From Leptolyngbyaceae cyanobacterium (lineage in GTDB: Bacteria; Cyanobacteriota; Cyanobacteriia; Phormidesmidales; Phormidesmidaceae): DNA of 64,000 nucleotides. Positions within the stretch are counted from its first letter, which is position 1. Every line of letters begins with the position of its first letter. The translations under genes were made by a program, and so were the position numbers. A model generated the notes under the pieces. That model saw only the letters and a program-made list of their open reading frames with translations. It was not told where the DNA came from and searched no databases. The DNA lies in the NCBI GenBank assembly GCA_050331235.1, contig JBHJHA010000010.1, positions 20,195 to 84,194 on the forward strand, given 5' to 3'. Below, piece by piece: positions 29,145 through 39,428 of this stretch.

Positions 29145-29881
29145 TCAATGCAATTCAATTAATTCCTTCGCCAACTCAATTGATTCATTACCAAGTTTAG
29201 AATTCTCCTTGCTGAGGATATACTTTAACGCTTTAAGATTGAGATTTTCTCGAAAGATGCGCCTCATCGTGCTGATCCTTGTTTGAATTGAGCTATAGGT
29301 GTAAACACAAACCGGAATTACATTCATCAAGTCTTCGCCATTTGCATATGGTTCATAGTAATCAACAAAGAAGCTTTTACCCATCCTACTTAAAAGATTT
29401 TCAAGCAAGACTTGTTCATCTTCAGAGACATGAATTTCTTTTCTTTGTGGTTCGACTCCCTCTTCCGTCAAAAATGAAATATTGTACTTGGGTTCGTTAT
29501 CGTGACTTTTCTCTGCAAAAAACAGAAGCTTGAATTCTTCGATTTCTGGAATCTCGGGAGAAAGTTGATCATAAAAGTTATAGATGTAAACACATTTTCG
29601 CTGGATTTCTTCTTTAACTATTTTGACGACAGGATGCGATTCCGGATCTTTATCCATCAAATAATTGAAATGAGCTGGAATCAAGACAATATTCCACAGG
29701 GCAGAGAAGAATAGTGGGTGAGAGGCCAGCCCCCATACATGAGAAATAATGTAATTCTTTACTGTACTATTTTTTCCATGCTGATAGCATGACCAAGATA
29801 TTTTTTGATTGATCGCCTGTTTTCATGGTTGCCATCATTGTCAATTTTAATATTGAATGCTGGATAGGCAGGTAGACGTGC
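29145..29881 (-). pseudogene. 3' part of an IS-interrupted, frameshifted hypothetical (putative His-Me-finger nuclease) gene
   Basis: Continues the 31443 ORF across the TSD (DNE|ARLPAYPAF...); 1-nt shift near 29775 leads into GKNSTVKNYIISHVWG...LWNIVLIPAHFN and the 179-aa track ORF. Confidence 0.8.
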
Positions 29882-29890
29882 TTCATTGTC

Positions 29891-31206
29891 CTGATTGACT
29901 GACAAAAGATGTGTTCTGTATCGCTGAGATGCTTGTCAGTAGGGCAACAGAGCTAGAGAAGAGGGAGTCAGCATTCTAGAATTAGATACCACTCAAACCC
30001 TAAGAATGCTGTGAAAAAAACTCCCGCCTCTACCATGCCTTGATGAGTTGGTTGGGTCAAGGTGATAACTGGGCACACCTGAGTCACCTGACAACGTGTC
30101 TAGCGATGGTATCGGCCCTGATTCAGAACGGCGAAGTTAACCTGACACGATGGATTGCCTACATTCCGTGCCGAGGGCACTACGCTCAGAGCAAGCAAAG
30201 ACGAGGCAGACGATGGCTGAGTAATAGTCGCATCAACGTCCACCGCCTCTACAAACCCATCATCCAAGCCGTGCTGGCAGATTGGCAGGAAGCTGAGCTC
30301 TACCTCAGTTTGGATACCTCGCTGTTTTGGGACGAGTACTGCCTGATGCGCTTAGCGGTGGTGCATCGGGGCCGAGCCTTGCCGCTCGCTTGGCGAGTTT
30401 TGAAGCATCCGAGTGCTTCGGTCGCCTTTGGGGATTATCAGCAGATGCTGAGTGATGCCGCTCACTATCTGCCCGCTGGCGTCAAAGTGGTGTTGCTGGC
30501 CGATAGAGGCTTTATCCACACAGAGTTGATGAGCCTCGTTGTGCAGCAACGGGGTTGGCACTATCGCATTCGGCTCAAGAGCACTGCCTGGATTTGGCGC
30601 ACCCAGAAGGGGTGGCATCAGCTCAAAGACTTTCACTTTGCCCCCGGCGAAGCACTCTGCTTCCAACACGTCAAGCTACACAAGAGCCAGGGGTATGGTC
30701 CGGTGCATCTGGTCTTTGGCCGCAACAACGTCAACGGCGAGTTCTGGGCCATTGTCAGTGACGAGAAGACGAGTCTGCAAACCTTTCGAGAATACGGTTT
30801 ACGCTTCGACATTGAAGAAGCCTTTCTCGATAACCAGTCCAACGGCTGGAATCTACAGAAGTCAGACATCCGCTCCGTCTGTGACCTTTCCAGGCTGTTC
30901 TTCATCTTGGCGCTAGCCACGCTCTATGTCACCGCTCAAGGTATCGCTGTCGTTGAGGCGGGCAGGCGGCGCTGGGTCGATACCCACTGGTTTAGAGGCA
31001 ACAGCTAGTTTCGCATTGGCTGCGAGTGGGTGAAGGCTGCTTTGCCGCAGGGGTGGCGCTTAACTCAGCAGGTGCGCTTCTGCTCTAATCGTGATCCTGA
31101 ACCGGCGATGGCCTCGAGAAGGCAGCATCAACACCATACTCAGCGACTGGAGTTTACTGTGCGCTCTTTTAGCTACAAACCTGACTAACTTTTGTCAGTC
31201 AACCAG
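29891..31206 (+). mobile_element. IS4-family insertion sequence, 1316 bp
   Basis: TIRs CTGATTGACTGACAAAAG / CTTTTGTCAGTCAACCAG (17/18); 9-bp TSD TTCATTGTC at 29882-29890 and 31207-31215. Confidence 0.95.
30011..31188 (+). pseudogene. IS4-family DDE transposase, disrupted (~392 aa reconstructed)
   Basis: LDTS, LADRGF, Y-x2-R-x3-E (YGLRFDIEE); GTG 30011 out of frame at an A7 run; in-frame TAG at 31006-31008 followed by open FRIGCEWVK...YKPD*. Confidence 0.9.
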
Positions 31207-31443
31207 TTCATTGTCTCTTGTCAAAGCAATCGCTTCTGCCTTATTACTAATACCCAAAGCTTTATGATGGGATGGAGAATATCGGATGGGAAACTTGCCA
31301 CCTATTTTATAAAGCTCGATCATCTCTTGGTTTCTTAGCCAGACAATTCCCGGAGGAATAAACAAAGTGCTCGCCAGAAATGCTTCCACAAAATCATCTT
31401 GATTTCTGTATAGTGAAACGAGTTGGTCTATTCCGTCGATCAT
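31207..31443 (-). pseudogene. 5' part (79 codons) of the IS-interrupted hypothetical gene
   Basis: MIDGIDQLVSLY...LTRDNE runs into the IS right end; GGAGAGG upstream of ATG. Confidence 0.8.
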
Positions 31444-32222
31444 ACCTGCCTCTCCAAGCTATTTCTGAAGGTTTCAAGGTTTCCTCGTCCCACAGCATTT
31501 CTCCGAAGGTGTCGTCCTTCAACCGCTTGTTGTCGTATTTTGGGCAAGGATACTCGCTTGAGCAAAGATATAGCCGAATTCTTTCGCTTTTCCGTTATCC
31601 CGCAAGGGTACTCTTGCAAGCTTTCACTAAATAATAAATAAGTAGTTCCCTGGCGTAGAGTTCCATCTATTCCCAGAGGTTTGTATAGGTGTATTTTGCC
31701 GACGTCAATGCTTTAGGGACTCAGTAATCATGGCGATCGCCCCTAAGCACATGATGAGTACAAATATCCGACTAAAAAACTGTTCTAGAAATGTGACCAT
31801 TAGATCAGAGATCAGCGTTAGCTCTAGCACTATGGAAATAATGTAAGCATGGTGCAGCCGGTCAGTGCCAGCAAAAAGTATTTCAAGGCAAGGGTGGCTA
31901 GAGGCAGCAGAGAGACTTGAGAAGAGCGCTGTCGCATAGTGAGGGCCTTAATAGAGAACCGTGTGTGAAGCACCGATGAAGGTATGGTGATCTCAGTATG
32001 GAAATCTCCACCGGTTTCTCCCGTTCAGAGCAGTCAATTTCTGTAATGGCCCGCAAATCGTCCACTCAACTGTCCAAGAAGAGCGGTTTTGTGGGCCTTT
32101 GCTCGATTGCATGGTGTGACGGTTGGCAGTGAGGCCAGAAAGTATGACCAATTGGTTACAAAGCTAGCCTTGGAACCCGAAGTTTTTCGGTATAACCAGC
32201 AAGAAAGCTTTATAAGAAACCG

Positions 32223-32939
32223 ATGGTACATATTGCTGCCGAACCCTATGACTATCCACTACCCACGGGCGATCGCCTGGCGCTAATGATTATTGACATG
32301 CAGCGCGACTTTTTGGAACCGGGTGGCTTTGGGGCCGCTCTTGGCAATGACGTTACCCCCCTACAGGCAGTGGTACCCACGATTCAAAAACTACAACAGC
32401 TATTTCGCGATCGCGGTTGGTTAATCATTCAAACCGCTGAGGGGCATCAGGCCGATCTGTCTGACTGCCCCCCAGCAAAACGCGATCGCGGCCAAAGCGA
32501 TCTCAAGATTGGTGATCGCGGTCCCATGGGTCGCATCCTGGTATTAGAGGAACCAGGCAATGCGATCGTCCCTGAGTTAGCTCCTCATCCTGGTGAGATT
32601 GTTATTGGCAAACCTGGAAAAGGCGCCTTCTACGCTACACAGCTTGGCTCCATTTTGCAGCAGCACGGCATCACCCACCTGATTTTCACTGGGGTCACGA
32701 CAGAAGTGTGTGTGCAAACCACAATGCGCGAGGCCAACGATCGCGGTTACGAATGTTTACTGGTCGAAGAAGGGACCGCCAGCTATTTTCCAGAGTTCAA
32801 ACAAGCCACCCTAGCGATGATCAGTGCTCAGGGCGGCATCGTTGGTTGGACAGCGACTTTAGAAGACGTATTGCAGGGGCTGGCAGCCATTCTGACCTCG
32901 CCTGCCGTTACGCCTCACTCACAAGCGAAAGCAACTTAA
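32223..32939 (+). CDS. Cysteine hydrolase (isochorismatase superfamily, biuret-hydrolase-like)
   Basis: [38 protein letters not shown] (D-K-C triad). Confidence 0.9.
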   Translation: MVHIAAEPYDYPLPTGDRLALMIIDMQRDFLEPGGFGAALGNDVTPLQAVVPTIQKLQQLFRDRGWLIIQTAEGHQADLSDCPPAKRDRGQSDLKIGDRGPMGRILVLEEPGNAIVPELAPHPGEIVIGKPGKGAFYATQLGSILQQHGITHLIFTGVTTEVCVQTTMREANDRGYECLLVEEGTASYFPEFKQATLAMISAQGGIVGWTATLEDVLQGLAAILTSPAVTPHSQAKAT

Positions 32940-32945
32940 CCCAAA
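32774..32945 (+). repeat. Direct repeat, copy 1 (~170 bp)
   Basis: 32774-32866 equals 34723-34815 at 92/93; diverged similarity continues to ...AACCCAAA. Confidence 0.95.
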
Positions 32946-32977
32946 TCCATCGAAAGGCCAATCAGCAGTCAAATTGA

Positions 32978-33955
32978 CTATTTTGATCCTTCAAAAATCA
33001 CGGATTGAACTTGGTCTAATCCGGAAACCTGACCAAATAGCTTTTCCGAATAAGCTATCAGTTCTTCATTTCTCAGTAAGCTTTGATAAAGATCATTACC
33101 AAGAAAATGACGCCAACGTCCGGTCACATCCATCTTAGATGGGTCTCCATCATGAACAATACCGTCGAAAGAACTACCGCCAGCTCGCCGGGCAACTTGA
33201 TTGAAACCAGCATCGGTGAAAGTTAAGCCTATCTGCTGAGCAATCTTCTTTCGATAGCTATAATCTTCAACCCAATGATTATAGTTGACACAGACCTTTT
33301 CTTCGGGCAAAAAATTCGTCTCCCCCAGGAATTCCTTAGCGTAAGATATCCAAATATCCGTAAAACTCGCGTATGTAGATTTAACGCTCACAAAGCCTTT
33401 TTTGAGACGACTAGCGAGCAGGTTAAAAGGATCGCGCATAATCAAAAGATCAACTCGCCGGGCACTTTTACCTACGTACCAGTCATGCTTTCGTTCGAAA
33501 CCTGACTTAACAATCTTATCTAAAGAGTAATCTTCATAATTAAAAATCAAATAGTCTTTTTTCTGAAACTTTCCGATAGACTCAAGCCGAACTTGCTCAA
33601 TCTCTTTAGGATACTCTGGATAGTGATCGCTAAAATATTCATACTCATGGCGAAAGGGATTTTCACTCAGTGGGACGTCGTTTATATGTTTGAAACGACC
33701 AGTATTTTGGTCGGCATGCTGTTTCTCAATCCAGTCAATCAAGGCGTGATTTCCACTGCGTCGTAAACCAACCATGCGAATTTCAGTTTGGTTGATGACA
33801 CCCCACAATTCCGGATTCTGAGTTCTTAGCCGGACAGCGTCCTGAAAGATATGTTTAAATTTACGATTTAGTTTTCTACTAGCGTAACCAGGTTTACGCA
33901 ATGACTTTTTCCAAAGAGGATCGTCGTAAATTTTTTTCTTTATTTGCTTATCCAT
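32978..33955 (-). CDS. Sulfotransferase-like P-loop protein (AT-rich)
   Basis: VGLRRSGNH (5'-PSB-like), IMRDPFNLLAS (3'-PB-like), VNYNHW, GRWR. Confidence 0.7.
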   Translation of the reverse strand: MDKQIKKKIYDDPLWKKSLRKPGYASRKLNRKFKHIFQDAVRLRTQNPELWGVINQTEIRMVGLRRSGNHALIDWIEKQHADQNTGRFKHINDVPLSENPFRHEYEYFSDHYPEYPKEIEQVRLESIGKFQKKDYLIFNYEDYSLDKIVKSGFERKHDWYVGKSARRVDLLIMRDPFNLLASRLKKGFVSVKSTYASFTDIWISYAKEFLGETNFLPEEKVCVNYNHWVEDYSYRKKIAQQIGLTFTDAGFNQVARRAGGSSFDGIVHDGDPSKMDVTGRWRHFLGNDLYQSLLRNEELIAYSEKLFGQVSGLDQVQSVIFEGSK

Positions 33956-33986
33956 TAGCGCTCTCCATTAAAGTTCTTTAAACTTT

Positions 33987-34643
33987 CTATACCAGTTCCT
34001 CACGGACCTTAATACCATTTCTTTTTACAATGTATGCAGGTATACCAACAACTACACATCTGTCAGGAACGTCTTTAACCACAACGGCGTTTGCACCGAC
34101 AGTTACATAGTCACCAATCGAAACTCCTCCGATTAGCTTAGCGCCCGCAGTTATGCGAACATGATTGCCGATACAGGGACGGCTATTACGGTCACGGTAG
34201 CCAATGGTCACTTGTTGGTTAACCCAGCAATTTTCTCCCAAATCAGCCATAATGATGGTGCTGAAGGCATGCTGAAGAAATAATCCAGGACCAATACTGC
34301 AAGAATGCTCGATAAAAAGTGTAGTGCAGCCTTGATAGATTCTCTTAAGTATCCAAACAGGGATGCGGCCGAGGAGGTTGCCTTTGCCCAAACGAAAATA
34401 ATAAAGACTACGAAACTCTGGTAGTTTGCTGATCAATCGACGTCGATTTGCGCGAGGAGAATTGGTAGGGAACTCAAGAATTTCACTCCATCTGTTAACG
34501 TCCGCAATGATGATGTCCTTTTCAGTGGTCAGCAGAAAAGGTAACTCTAAGGGTATGTAAAGTAACTCTACCCAAGCCTCCCACCAGCTCCTGAGCAAGG
34601 TTTTCACAGTTGCAACCTCTAAACCTAAACCCAGGTTACCCAT
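33987..34643 (-). CDS. Serine-acetyltransferase-like hexapeptide O-acetyltransferase (AT-rich)
   Basis: IGPGLFLQH, NQQVTIG, IGDYVTVGANAVVVKDVP...VVVGIPA. Confidence 0.88.
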   Translation of the reverse strand: MGNLGLGLEVATVKTLLRSWWEAWVELLYIPLELPFLLTTEKDIIIADVNRWSEILEFPTNSPRANRRRLISKLPEFRSLYYFRLGKGNLLGRIPVWILKRIYQGCTTLFIEHSCSIGPGLFLQHAFSTIIMADLGENCWVNQQVTIGYRDRNSRPCIGNHVRITAGAKLIGGVSIGDYVTVGANAVVVKDVPDRCVVVGIPAYIVKRNGIKVREELV

Positions 34644-34722
34644 TCAAGGCTCCTCCGTCACAGCTGTGAAGACTTTTCCGCTCCACAAGCCAAATCTCAA
34701 AAAGCCCAAGAGCACAGGAGTA

Positions 34723-34891
34723 GACCGCCAGCTATTTTCTAGAGTTCAAACAAGCCACCCTAGCGATGATCAGTGCTCAGGGCGGCATCGTTGGTTGGAC
34801 AGCGACTTTAGAAGAAGTGTTGCGGGGCCTAACGGCAATGCCTACCTCGGCTGTTACGCCTCACCCGTAATCGAAAGTAAATCAACCCAAA
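34723..34891 (+). repeat. Direct repeat, copy 2; orphaned 3' end of the cysteine hydrolase overlapping the pmbA stop
   Basis: Reads [36 protein letters not shown]...TPHP* with no start; overlaps the last codons of pmbA. Confidence 0.93.
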
Positions 34892-36197
34892 CACGGGGGC
34901 AGATACCACCCGGTGTTACTTCGGCTTCAGGCTCAAGGTGAATGATCGAGTTGAGCACTTCTCTGAAATCGCCCGCCACCGTTGCCGACTCAATACTGAC
35001 CCTTTCACCCTGGTTGACCAGCCAACCGTCAAAGGGCAAAGAAAACGACCCTTGCAAAGCATTGACCCCGGCATGAAGCGCTTGCACTTCGTCGATGAAG
35101 ACGACATTTTCAGCGGTGTCTAGGCTTAAAGCCGCCGATGATGGCTCGCCTGGCATAACGTGGTAAAAGTTAGCATCTACACTGACCTTGGCCCCGATGC
35201 TCGCATGACCTGTAGGTTCGGCTCCCATGCGCTTTGCCGTACCTGCACTATGCAAGAAATTAGCTAAGACACCCTTGTCGATAATCGGTAGTCGGCGGGT
35301 GGGCGTTCCTTCACCGTCAAAGGTTTCAATGCTGACGTTGTCAGGATGGAGGGCGTCGTCGTAGACGGTTAGCAGTGGGCTAGCAACCTGGTTACCCAAC
35401 GAATCTGCCGTTGATAAACTCCGATTATCCAAGATGCTCTGGGCATTGAACAGGTTGGAAAACGCATCTAGCAAGCTCAAAAAGGCCTCGGCTGAAAAAA
35501 CGACTCGGTATTTACCTGAATCAATTTTTTGATAGTCCAAATGACTCAGGGTTTTTTCCGTCGTTTCTTGAATGCAGGCGTCGATGTCCAGTAGCTCAAG
35601 CCCGCGATCGACCTGCATGGCGCCGGCGGAGCGGGGCTTTTTACCGGCTTGTTCCGTTTTGCTGTAGAGATAAAGGGACGCATAGCTACGCTCTTCGCGC
35701 CGCTGGGCCCCCTTACTATTGAGATAAAACCGATCCACCTGGCGTTGGGCCATGCCGTTGTAGGGGACTGACGCGATCGCAGGATGCGCGTTTAAAACGG
35801 CTTTTTCTGCTTGCACCAGGGTTTTGATCAGCAATTGCACATCGCTGGAGGGTACTGTGTCATAGTCCACCGCTGCTACTGGCTCAGTAGCAGCAGGACT
35901 GAAATCTGGAACATGCTCCTTAGCCCCAAAGGCCGCTGCCGCCGCTGCCGTCTGTAAAGCCAGATTCATCCCATTGGGATCAACGTCCGTAGTGGTGGTA
36001 ACACCGACCAATCCTTCATCGTTCCAGACTCGTACAATCACGCTTGATCGCTGAGACGCCTTGACCTGCTTAGGCTCACCCTGGTCAACCTGGACGCTGG
36101 TTTCATCTACGGTAGAACCATAGACGTCGTATTTTTGGATACCGTGCTTTTTCGCACTTTCCTGAGCGTAGGTGGCAATCTCTTGAAGCGATGGCAT
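34854..36197 (-). CDS. pmbA: TldD/PmbA family protein (PmbA/TldE-like)
   Basis: FDGEGTPT, GVLANFLHS, GSFSLPFDG, ESATVAGDF; no HExxxH motif. Confidence 0.85.
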   Translation of the reverse strand: MPSLQEIATYAQESAKKHGIQKYDVYGSTVDETSVQVDQGEPKQVKASQRSSVIVRVWNDEGLVGVTTTTDVDPNGMNLALQTAAAAAAFGAKEHVPDFSPAATEPVAAVDYDTVPSSDVQLLIKTLVQAEKAVLNAHPAIASVPYNGMAQRQVDRFYLNSKGAQRREERSYASLYLYSKTEQAGKKPRSAGAMQVDRGLELLDIDACIQETTEKTLSHLDYQKIDSGKYRVVFSAEAFLSLLDAFSNLFNAQSILDNRSLSTADSLGNQVASPLLTVYDDALHPDNVSIETFDGEGTPTRRLPIIDKGVLANFLHSAGTAKRMGAEPTGHASIGAKVSVDANFYHVMPGEPSSAALSLDTAENVVFIDEVQALHAGVNALQGSFSLPFDGWLVNQGERVSIESATVAGDFREVLNSIIHLEPEAEVTPGGICPRVWVDLLSITGEA

Positions 36198-36381
36198 AGC
36201 AGATTTGAGCTCTCAGATATCATTCACCCTCTCATTCTAAGGGGCGGCGCTGCTGGGTGAGTCAATGTTGTCGAAGGGATTGACTAGGTCACCAGCCGCT
36301 GACCATCTTAATCAACAATAATAGTTTGCCACAATCCCTCTAGATCGCAGCAGACCAGAACGCAATGGCAAGCTTGTTCAG

Positions 36382-36807
36382 TCAAGGATTGAAGGTGGGG
36401 CCGGGGCCTGATCGTTGCAGCGGTGAGGGAGAAGGCGAGTCAATGTGGGTGCGATCGCGGCAAATCTCCACAGCGACGTTGCCGACAAATTGAGGTACTG
36501 GGGGAGATAGCTTAGTCAGCTTGACTACGATTTCGTTAAGACGTTCATCACTGCTGAGAACAGTCTTAGCAATCTCGCTTGCCAAGGTTTCAATTAGGTT
36601 GAATGGGCGATATTGAATGATGTCTTGAACTGCCTGCACCGCTGTGGAGTAGTCGTAAGTATCAGCCAAGGCATCAGACGTTCCGGCCGCCGTTAAATCC
36701 ATCGCCAGAGCGACATCGACTCGAAACCATTGTCCTAATACGTTTTCTTCGGCTAGGGCGCCTGAGTAGCCAAACGCACGAATATCGCTGATGTAAATCT
36801 TGTCCAT
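36382..36807 (-). CDS. folB: Dihydroneopterin aldolase
   Basis: MDKIYISDI..FGYSG..EE..LGQWFRVD, SDAL.DT.DY, FNLIETLA. Confidence 0.95.
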   Translation of the reverse strand: MDKIYISDIRAFGYSGALAEENVLGQWFRVDVALAMDLTAAGTSDALADTYDYSTAVQAVQDIIQYRPFNLIETLASEIAKTVLSSDERLNEIVVKLTKLSPPVPQFVGNVAVEICRDRTHIDSPSPSPLQRSGPGPTFNP

Positions 36808-37045
36808 TACTTGGTTCTAGCCTCTCCCTAAGCTAGCTCTCGCTGCCTACAAGGCAATCGTCAATTTTGCACGCAAATCTTAACAAGCATCGGCGCACGC
36901 TCATGTTCAAAGGCCGGTATTCGCCAAATCTTCACGATTTTATGTGATTTTACTGACTATTCAAATGGGCAAAACAGGATCCAGGCACCACCAGAGGCCA
37001 GGCTCACAGTAAAACTCTTGCTATCGACTGACGCGAAAACGTGCT

Positions 37046-38377
37046 TTAGCCCAGAGTTTTATGAGTGAACGGTCGAGCTTCGGCCCCGGCGTAGGTGGCC
37101 ACAATATGGCCATCGCCAATTAGGTGATATTTATAAGTTACCAGCCCTTCTAAGCCGACGGGTCCCCGGGGCGGCATGGTCTGAGTGCTGATGCCAACCT
37201 CAGCACCAAAGCCGTAGCGAAATCCATCGGCAAAGCGCGTTGAACAGTTGTGATAGACCCCAGCGGCGTTGACTTGATTGCGAAAGGCGGTGGCGGCAGC
37301 AGTGGACTCTGTCACAATCGCATCGGTGTGACGGGAGCCATAGGTGTTGATATGAGCGATCGCCGCCGCCGCCGACTCCACCACCTTGATTGACAAGACC
37401 AGGTCGCTGTACTCCGTTTGCCAGTCTGCGTCAGAGGCGGCAATGATGTGAGGCAAGGTGGCTCGGGTTGGCTCATCGCCTCGTAGCTCTACGCCCTTGG
37501 CTTCCAGGGCTTGGGCAACCTGGGGTAAAAACGTTGGGGCGATCGCTGCATGCACCAGCAACGTCTCAATCGCATTGCAGGCTGAGGGATACCCCACTTT
37601 GGCATCCACCGCGATGGCGATCGCTTTGTCGAAATTTGCCGCTTCGTCAACATAGAGGTGACAAATGCCGTCCGCATGGCCCAACACCGGAATGCGGGTG
37701 TGATCTTGGACAAAGCGCACGAACGCATTGGAACCCCGGGGAATGATCAGGTCAATGTGGCCTTCCAAAGCCAGCATGGCCCGAGTTTCTTCTCGGGTAG
37801 TGAGTAACTGCACCGAGTCAGGATTGACACCGGCGGTCTCCAGCCCCGCATGAATGGCTCTCACCAAAGCCTGACAGGAGCGCACGGCTTCTTTTCCCCC
37901 CTTGAGGATGACGCCATTACCCGATTTCACGGCGAGGCTGGCAATCTGCATCACCGCATCGGGGCGCGACTCAAAGATAATGCCCAAGACCCCGAGCGGC
38001 GCGCTGATCCGCCTCAATTCCAAGCCTGTATCTAACTCCGTATGGAGCTGCACATCCCCAACCGGATCAGGCAGCCGTGCCACGTCACGCACACCGGCGA
38101 TCGCCCCCTGAAGTTTGACCGCATCCAGCTTCAAGCGATTGTAAAGGGGCTGAGCCAAATCATCAGCGATCGCCGCCTGACAATCGGCCACATTTGCCGC
38201 CAAGATCGTTTCGGTTTGGATCGTGAGCGCTTCAGCAATGGCATGGATCGCCTGATTTTTTTCCGCTGTAGTCAACAGGGCTAATTGCCGGGCCGCAGCT
38301 CGAGTGAGTTCGGCAATAGGGACGAGGTTGACCGAGTCATCAATATGGTCGTTGACTTTCACTGGTGGTACCGTCAT
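37046..38377 (-). CDS. proA: Glutamate-5-semialdehyde dehydrogenase
   Basis: [54 protein letters not shown]. Confidence 0.97.
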   Translation of the reverse strand: MTVPPVKVNDHIDDSVNLVPIAELTRAAARQLALLTTAEKNQAIHAIAEALTIQTETILAANVADCQAAIADDLAQPLYNRLKLDAVKLQGAIAGVRDVARLPDPVGDVQLHTELDTGLELRRISAPLGVLGIIFESRPDAVMQIASLAVKSGNGVILKGGKEAVRSCQALVRAIHAGLETAGVNPDSVQLLTTREETRAMLALEGHIDLIIPRGSNAFVRFVQDHTRIPVLGHADGICHLYVDEAANFDKAIAIAVDAKVGYPSACNAIETLLVHAAIAPTFLPQVAQALEAKGVELRGDEPTRATLPHIIAASDADWQTEYSDLVLSIKVVESAAAAIAHINTYGSRHTDAIVTESTAAATAFRNQVNAAGVYHNCSTRFADGFRYGFGAEVGISTQTMPPRGPVGLEGLVTYKYHLIGDGHIVATYAGAEARPFTHKTLG

Positions 38378-38415
38378 ATCCACTTTCCTGAACCACTGTG
38401 TAAGGAGCAATTTTA

Positions 38416-38447
38416 ACAAACAAGCCTGGCTCGCTAACGAGCCAGGC
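38416..38447 (-). terminator. Probable terminator after the DUF1517 gene
   Basis: GCCTGGCTCG-ctaa-CGAGCCAGGC stem followed by TTGTTTGTT on the minus strand. Confidence 0.65.
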
Positions 38448-38480
38448 CAAGAATGAGCAAAACTGGTTTTTGCTTGATGT

Positions 38481-39428
38481 TTAGATGAGCGTTAGCTCCG
38501 GGTATTCCGCAATCATTTCGTCGGACGTCAGGGTTTCACCGGAGGCTTGGGGCGTCCACAAGATCTCGACGGCCAAAAGGCGATCGCTCGACACTGCCCC
38601 TAGCGTGCTCAAAGCTTGACGCACATCTTGGGGCGAAGACACCTTAGGCAGACCCAACTTACCCTGGGTCGCGACAATGACCGATGCCACAATATATTCA
38701 CCGGGCTTAGTCTGGGCGAGTTCACCAGACTCATTCGCTGCCGCATCAGCCTGCTGCAGGCGGTTGTTGACGTTACTCATCGTCTCACCCGTGAATTTGC
38801 TGCGCTCTGCCAGCACCAACTGATTGAACTTTTGCTCCGCCGATAACAGTCGAGTGGCATCGGTCGATGCTGTGGCGTACTGCCAGTACTCTGGATGACG
38901 CAGCAAAGCCAGAGTTGCTTCCTGAAGCACCTGGGTCAAGCCCTCAGTAGAAGAGGTGTCAGCAGACTGGGCCATCCGGTTTAAATCGTCTTGCAAGGAG
39001 CGCGCCTCAGCGAACAGACCAATTTGCAGCTTAGCGACAGAAACCGAAGGATTGTCAGCCCCAACGCTGCTATCACCGCTGCCAGTTTCACGGACTGCCC
39101 GCATGATGAAATTGGCTAAGCCGATGAACAAGACAATGGCAAACAGCCCACCAAAGCCGCCGCCAAAGCCAAACAGCGGAAACAGGAAGGGAAAGCCAAA
39201 GCCGCCGCCAGGATAATAGCCGCCACCGCTGGGTCCTCGATAGCCCCGAGATGGCGAGACGGTGCGGCTAGGCGCTCGAAAGCTACCGCCGCCGATGCGC
39301 CCCCCAGAGCGAGCCGCTAAGGCTCCATCCACTTGGCCAAAAAATAAAACGCCCACCAAAGCGATCGCCATTAACGGCTTAACCAGTGGCTTGAAACGAC
39401 TAAAAAAGATTTGAAGCTTGTGACCCAT
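38481..39428 (-). CDS. DUF1517 family protein
   Basis: [12 protein letters not shown], Gly-rich TM segment, [22 protein letters not shown]...[13 protein letters not shown]. Confidence 0.9.
   Translation of the reverse strand: MGHKLQIFFSRFKPLVKPLMAIALVGVLFFGQVDGALAARSGGRIGGGSFRAPSRTVSPSRGYRGPSGGGYYPGGGFGFPFLFPLFGFGGGFGGLFAIVLFIGLANFIMRAVRETGSGDSSVGADNPSVSVAKLQIGLFAEARSLQDDLNRMAQSADTSSTEGLTQVLQEATLALLRHPEYWQYATASTDATRLLSAEQKFNQLVLAERSKFTGETMSNVNNRLQQADAAANESGELAQTKPGEYIVASVIVATQGKLGLPKVSSPQDVRQALSTLGAVSSDRLLAVEILWTPQASGETLTSDEMIAEYPELTLI

Noticed and set aside
31440..31710. attC-like site or upstream ORF before the putative nuclease
   Set aside because: CAACAAGCGGTTG resembles an attC start but has no matching GTTRRRY end or long palindrome; the ~90-codon open frame has no convincing start
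31950..32025. Guanidine riboswitch ahead of the cysteine hydrolase
   Set aside because: Only weak pairing; conserved guanidine-I/II motifs not found
34666..34941. 91-aa ORF (and 32708-32977) sharing an identical peptide
   Set aside because: Off-frame translations of the direct repeat, not genes
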